Under the pieces are notes generated by a model. The model was given only the letters and a program-made list of their open reading frames with translations, searched no databases and had not been told where the DNA came from. Shown here piece by piece: positions 62,046 to 64,000 of a DNA stretch of 64,000 bases. Source of the stretch: Candidatus Izemoplasmatales bacterium. Its GTDB lineage: Bacteria > Bacillota_I > Bacilli_A > Izemoplasmatales > Hujiaoplasmataceae. The translations under genes and the position numbers were made by a program. Numbering within the stretch: position 1 is the stretch's first letter; every line of letters begins with the position of its first letter. The stretch is taken from assembly GCA_050949045.1 (NCBI GenBank), contig JBMNEZ010000001.1, positions 108,716-172,715 of the forward strand, in the 5' to 3' direction.

Positions 62046-64000
62046 ATGAAAAAACTAATTATGTTAGGTTTCGCATCTCTTTTTTTTATTGCTCTCGTAG
62101 CTTGTGACGAACTTACTAGCATATCGGGCTTGCCGACTAATCCCTTTACGACAATAAGCGATGTCGTGACAACCACTACCACTGACACCGAGACCACTTC
62201 AGTTGGTCAAAAAACAACAACCATTACTACCGTACCGGTTACGACCACTGCACCAACAACCAAAGTTACTACTGCACCGGTTACGACAGCGGTACCAACA
62301 ACTACTGTTACTACTGTACCGGTTACTACAACGATGCCAACAACCACTGTTACTACTGCACCGGTGACAACAACAGAGGAACCAATCGAAGAAGATCCTT
62401 TTGTTCCGGGAGCTGGAGGTGTTCTTGCCGAAAGGGCACCGTCAGAAAACGCAGAAGGAAAATTCGGAGGTCTCATGCTCGCCAAGGTCAATTGCTGGCG
62501 AAGCATTGTAGGTACCGATTACTTTGTCGAGATAGATTTCCCCTCTCCTAGCCAGTTTGATGGAACATCATATACCTTACAGTATTATGACACAGTCAGT
62601 TCGACATGGAAAGACTATGTATATTATGATAGGACTGTGACATTTACAGATGAAAATAACGGTTATTACGGTTTAACTGTGTCTGAGTCTCGAACTTTGA
62701 GGTTACTTTTGAATGGCGGTCCCATGGCGGGATACACATCCAATGAAGAAAGTTATACTTTGCCAACAATCAAATGCCGTTTCGACAGCTACACTGTCGA
62801 TATGAGTATCAATGAGGAAGGCATCATGTACCCTTACGTCGGTTTCACAACAAGAGCTTCCTTTGAAGCCACCAACTTCGAGGGTGAAACCGATATCGAT
62901 GTGACAAATACGCTGATTTACAAGTGGTATCGTGTTGATCCGGTTACTTATAAGCAAACCTTGATCGCTTCTGCGACCGGGCAGACCGAATACGATGCGA
63001 CAATGGATGATGCCGGCTACTATATCATGGTGAGGGCAGAAGGAGACCAAAACAGCTCCTCGGGTTTTTGGCAGGTATTGGTCGGGCCTGTCGTTGTCGC
63101 TAACCCTTGCTTTGTCAGAAACGAGAGCGCTACCGGATTCACTGTCAATCTTTACTATGAAGTTTCAGGGCTCGATCCGGCTTTGTTTGAGATTTTCGAT
63201 CAGGACTGGAATGAAGTTGATATTCTTTCCATTGTCAAGGGAGAAAATGATGCAACCTATATCATCACTATCGATGATGCGACCATCACCAACTTTTACT
63301 CGATCGCCTATAATAGCGGGTTTTGGACAATGCAGTTCAATATGTCCATGGGCGGTGGAGAATTCCATCATTTCACCGAGATATTGTTTGTCGAAGTTAT
63401 ACCGACAGAAGGAGAAGGAGAGCAAGAAGATCCCTTTATTCCGGGAGTTGGGGGTGTTCTTGCTGAAAGAACGCCGTCAGAAAACGCAGAAGGGAAATTT
63501 GGAGGTCTTATAATCACCGAGGCCGATTGCTGGCCAGGTTTTTCGGAGTCTCCTGAATACCGGGTTATCATTAATTACCTTTCCCCTGGCCTATTTGGTG
63601 GAACATCGTATACCTTACAGTATTATGATACAGCCAGTTCGACATGGAAAAACTATATGCATAATGATGAGGTTTTGACATTAACGACAGAAGTTGATGA
63701 TTATTACGGTCTTGCCACTTTAACTGTATCCGAGGCTCGTACTTTGAGGTTGCTTTTAAATGGCGGTCCCATGGCGGGATACACATCCAATGAAGATAGT
63801 TATATTCTGCCAACGATTAAATGCCGTTTCGACGGCTATGCTATCGATATGACCATCAACGAGGAAGGCATTATATACCCTTACGCCGGTTTCACATTGA
63901 GAGCTTCCTTTTCCGCCATCAATTTTGCGGGGGAAACCGATGTCGATGTGTCAGATACGCTGATTTACAAGTGGTATCGCGTTGATCCGGTCACCTATGA
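62046..64000 (+). CDS. Large surface lipoprotein with T/P/V-rich linker and ~345-aa tandem repeats of unknown fold (3'-partial; NOT in the supplied ORF track)
   Basis: GAGGAG sits 6 nt before the ATG. MKKLIMLGFASLFFIALVAC is a perfect lipobox. I translated the frame by hand to nt 64000 and found no stop. The track omits it, presumably because no stop lies inside the window. Confidence 0.8.
   Translation, partial: MKKLIMLGFASLFFIALVACDELTSISGLPTNPFTTISDVVTTTTTDTETTSVGQKTTTITTVPVTTTAPTTKVTTAPVTTAVPTTTVTTVPVTTTMPTTTVTTAPVTTTEEPIEEDPFVPGAGGVLAERAPSENAEGKFGGLMLAKVNCWRSIVGTDYFVEIDFPSPSQFDGTSYTLQYYDTVSSTWKDYVYYDRTVTFTDENNGYYGLTVSESRTLRLLLNGGPMAGYTSNEESYTLPTIKCRFDSYTVDMSINEEGIMYPYVGFTTRASFEATNFEGETDIDVTNTLIYKWYRVDPVTYKQTLIASATGQTEYDATMDDAGYYIMVRAEGDQNSSSGFWQVLVGPVVVANPCFVRNESATGFTVNLYYEVSGLDPALFEIFDQDWNEVDILSIVKGENDATYIITIDDATITNFYSIAYNSGFWTMQFNMSMGGGEFHHFTEILFVEVIPTEGEGEQEDPFIPGVGGVLAERTPSENAEGKFGGLIITEADCWPGFSESPEYRVIINYLSPGLFGGTSYTLQYYDTASSTWKNYMHNDEVLTLTTEVDDYYGLATLTVSEARTLRLLLNGGPMAGYTSNEDSYILPTIKCRFDGYAIDMTINEEGIIYPYAGFTLRASFSAINFAGETDVDVSDTLIYKWYRVDPVTY
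62394..64000 (+). repeat. At least 1.5 copies of a ~1.04-kb in-frame tandem repeat
   Basis: DPF(V/I)PG.GGVLAER.PSENAEGKFGG occurs at 62394 and 63429. LIYKWYRVDPVTY occurs at 62913 and 63960. Confidence 0.85.

Noticed and set aside
1-64000. Possibility of the Mycoplasma/Spiroplasma genetic code (TGA = Trp), given the membrane-only anchoring.
   Set aside because: TGA terminates several well-supported genes, including GH3 copies 1 and 2, lgt and both response regulators. Multi-kb ORFs are intact under the standard code.

Overview
This 64-kb window is a carbohydrate-utilisation and cell-surface supercluster. The host looks like a low-to-moderate-GC monoderm (Bacillota/Mycoplasmatota-like), with the standard genetic code (TGA is used as stop), AGGAGG-type ribosome-binding sites and hairpin+T-tract terminators. 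I saw no rRNA, tRNA, CRISPR, transposase or integrase.

Eight GH3-family glycosidase genes dominate. Six are extracytoplasmic and have a circularly permuted GH3 domain order. They sit in three paralogous three-gene modules at 1-8769 (+), 26566-16016 (-) and 39577-49716 (+). Each module runs: giant 1.4-1.7k-aa secreted GH3, then a CBM-tailed lipoprotein, then a ~1000-aa GH3 with TM helices at both termini.

All three giant enzymes end in the same tripartite C-terminal signal: P-[VI]-[ST]-G-C-[GA]-S, a TM helix, then a basic tail. The signature is lipobox-like. In two enzymes it follows a collagen-like G-X-Y stalk, and in the third it follows six near-identical 270-bp Ig-like repeats. A CPBP/Rce1-type intramembrane protease gene (12243-13046) and lgt (59640-60455) lie in the same window. 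I flag this combination as a candidate undescribed C-terminal sorting/lipidation system; this is inference.

Other content:
- Rhamnoside utilisation genes: a GH78-GPH-GH2 operon, rhaBA and a tandem class II aldolase.
- lpd.
- A GltS-like symporter.
- A Gfo/Idh/MocA oxidoreductase.
- Two paralogous LytTR two-component systems, each directly upstream of a glycosidase operon.
- A ~6-kb tandem segmental duplication. Its two cytoplasmic GH3 genes are near-identical, while the flanking genes (lgt, RR/HK, gtrA, GT2) have decayed in a complementary pattern.
- glf.
- A long open-ended ORF missing from the supplied track (62046 to the window end). It encodes a lipoprotein with ~345-aa tandem repeats of unknown fold.

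A 317-bp near-identical inverted repeat links the 3' ends of two giant GH3 genes across 17.5 kb.
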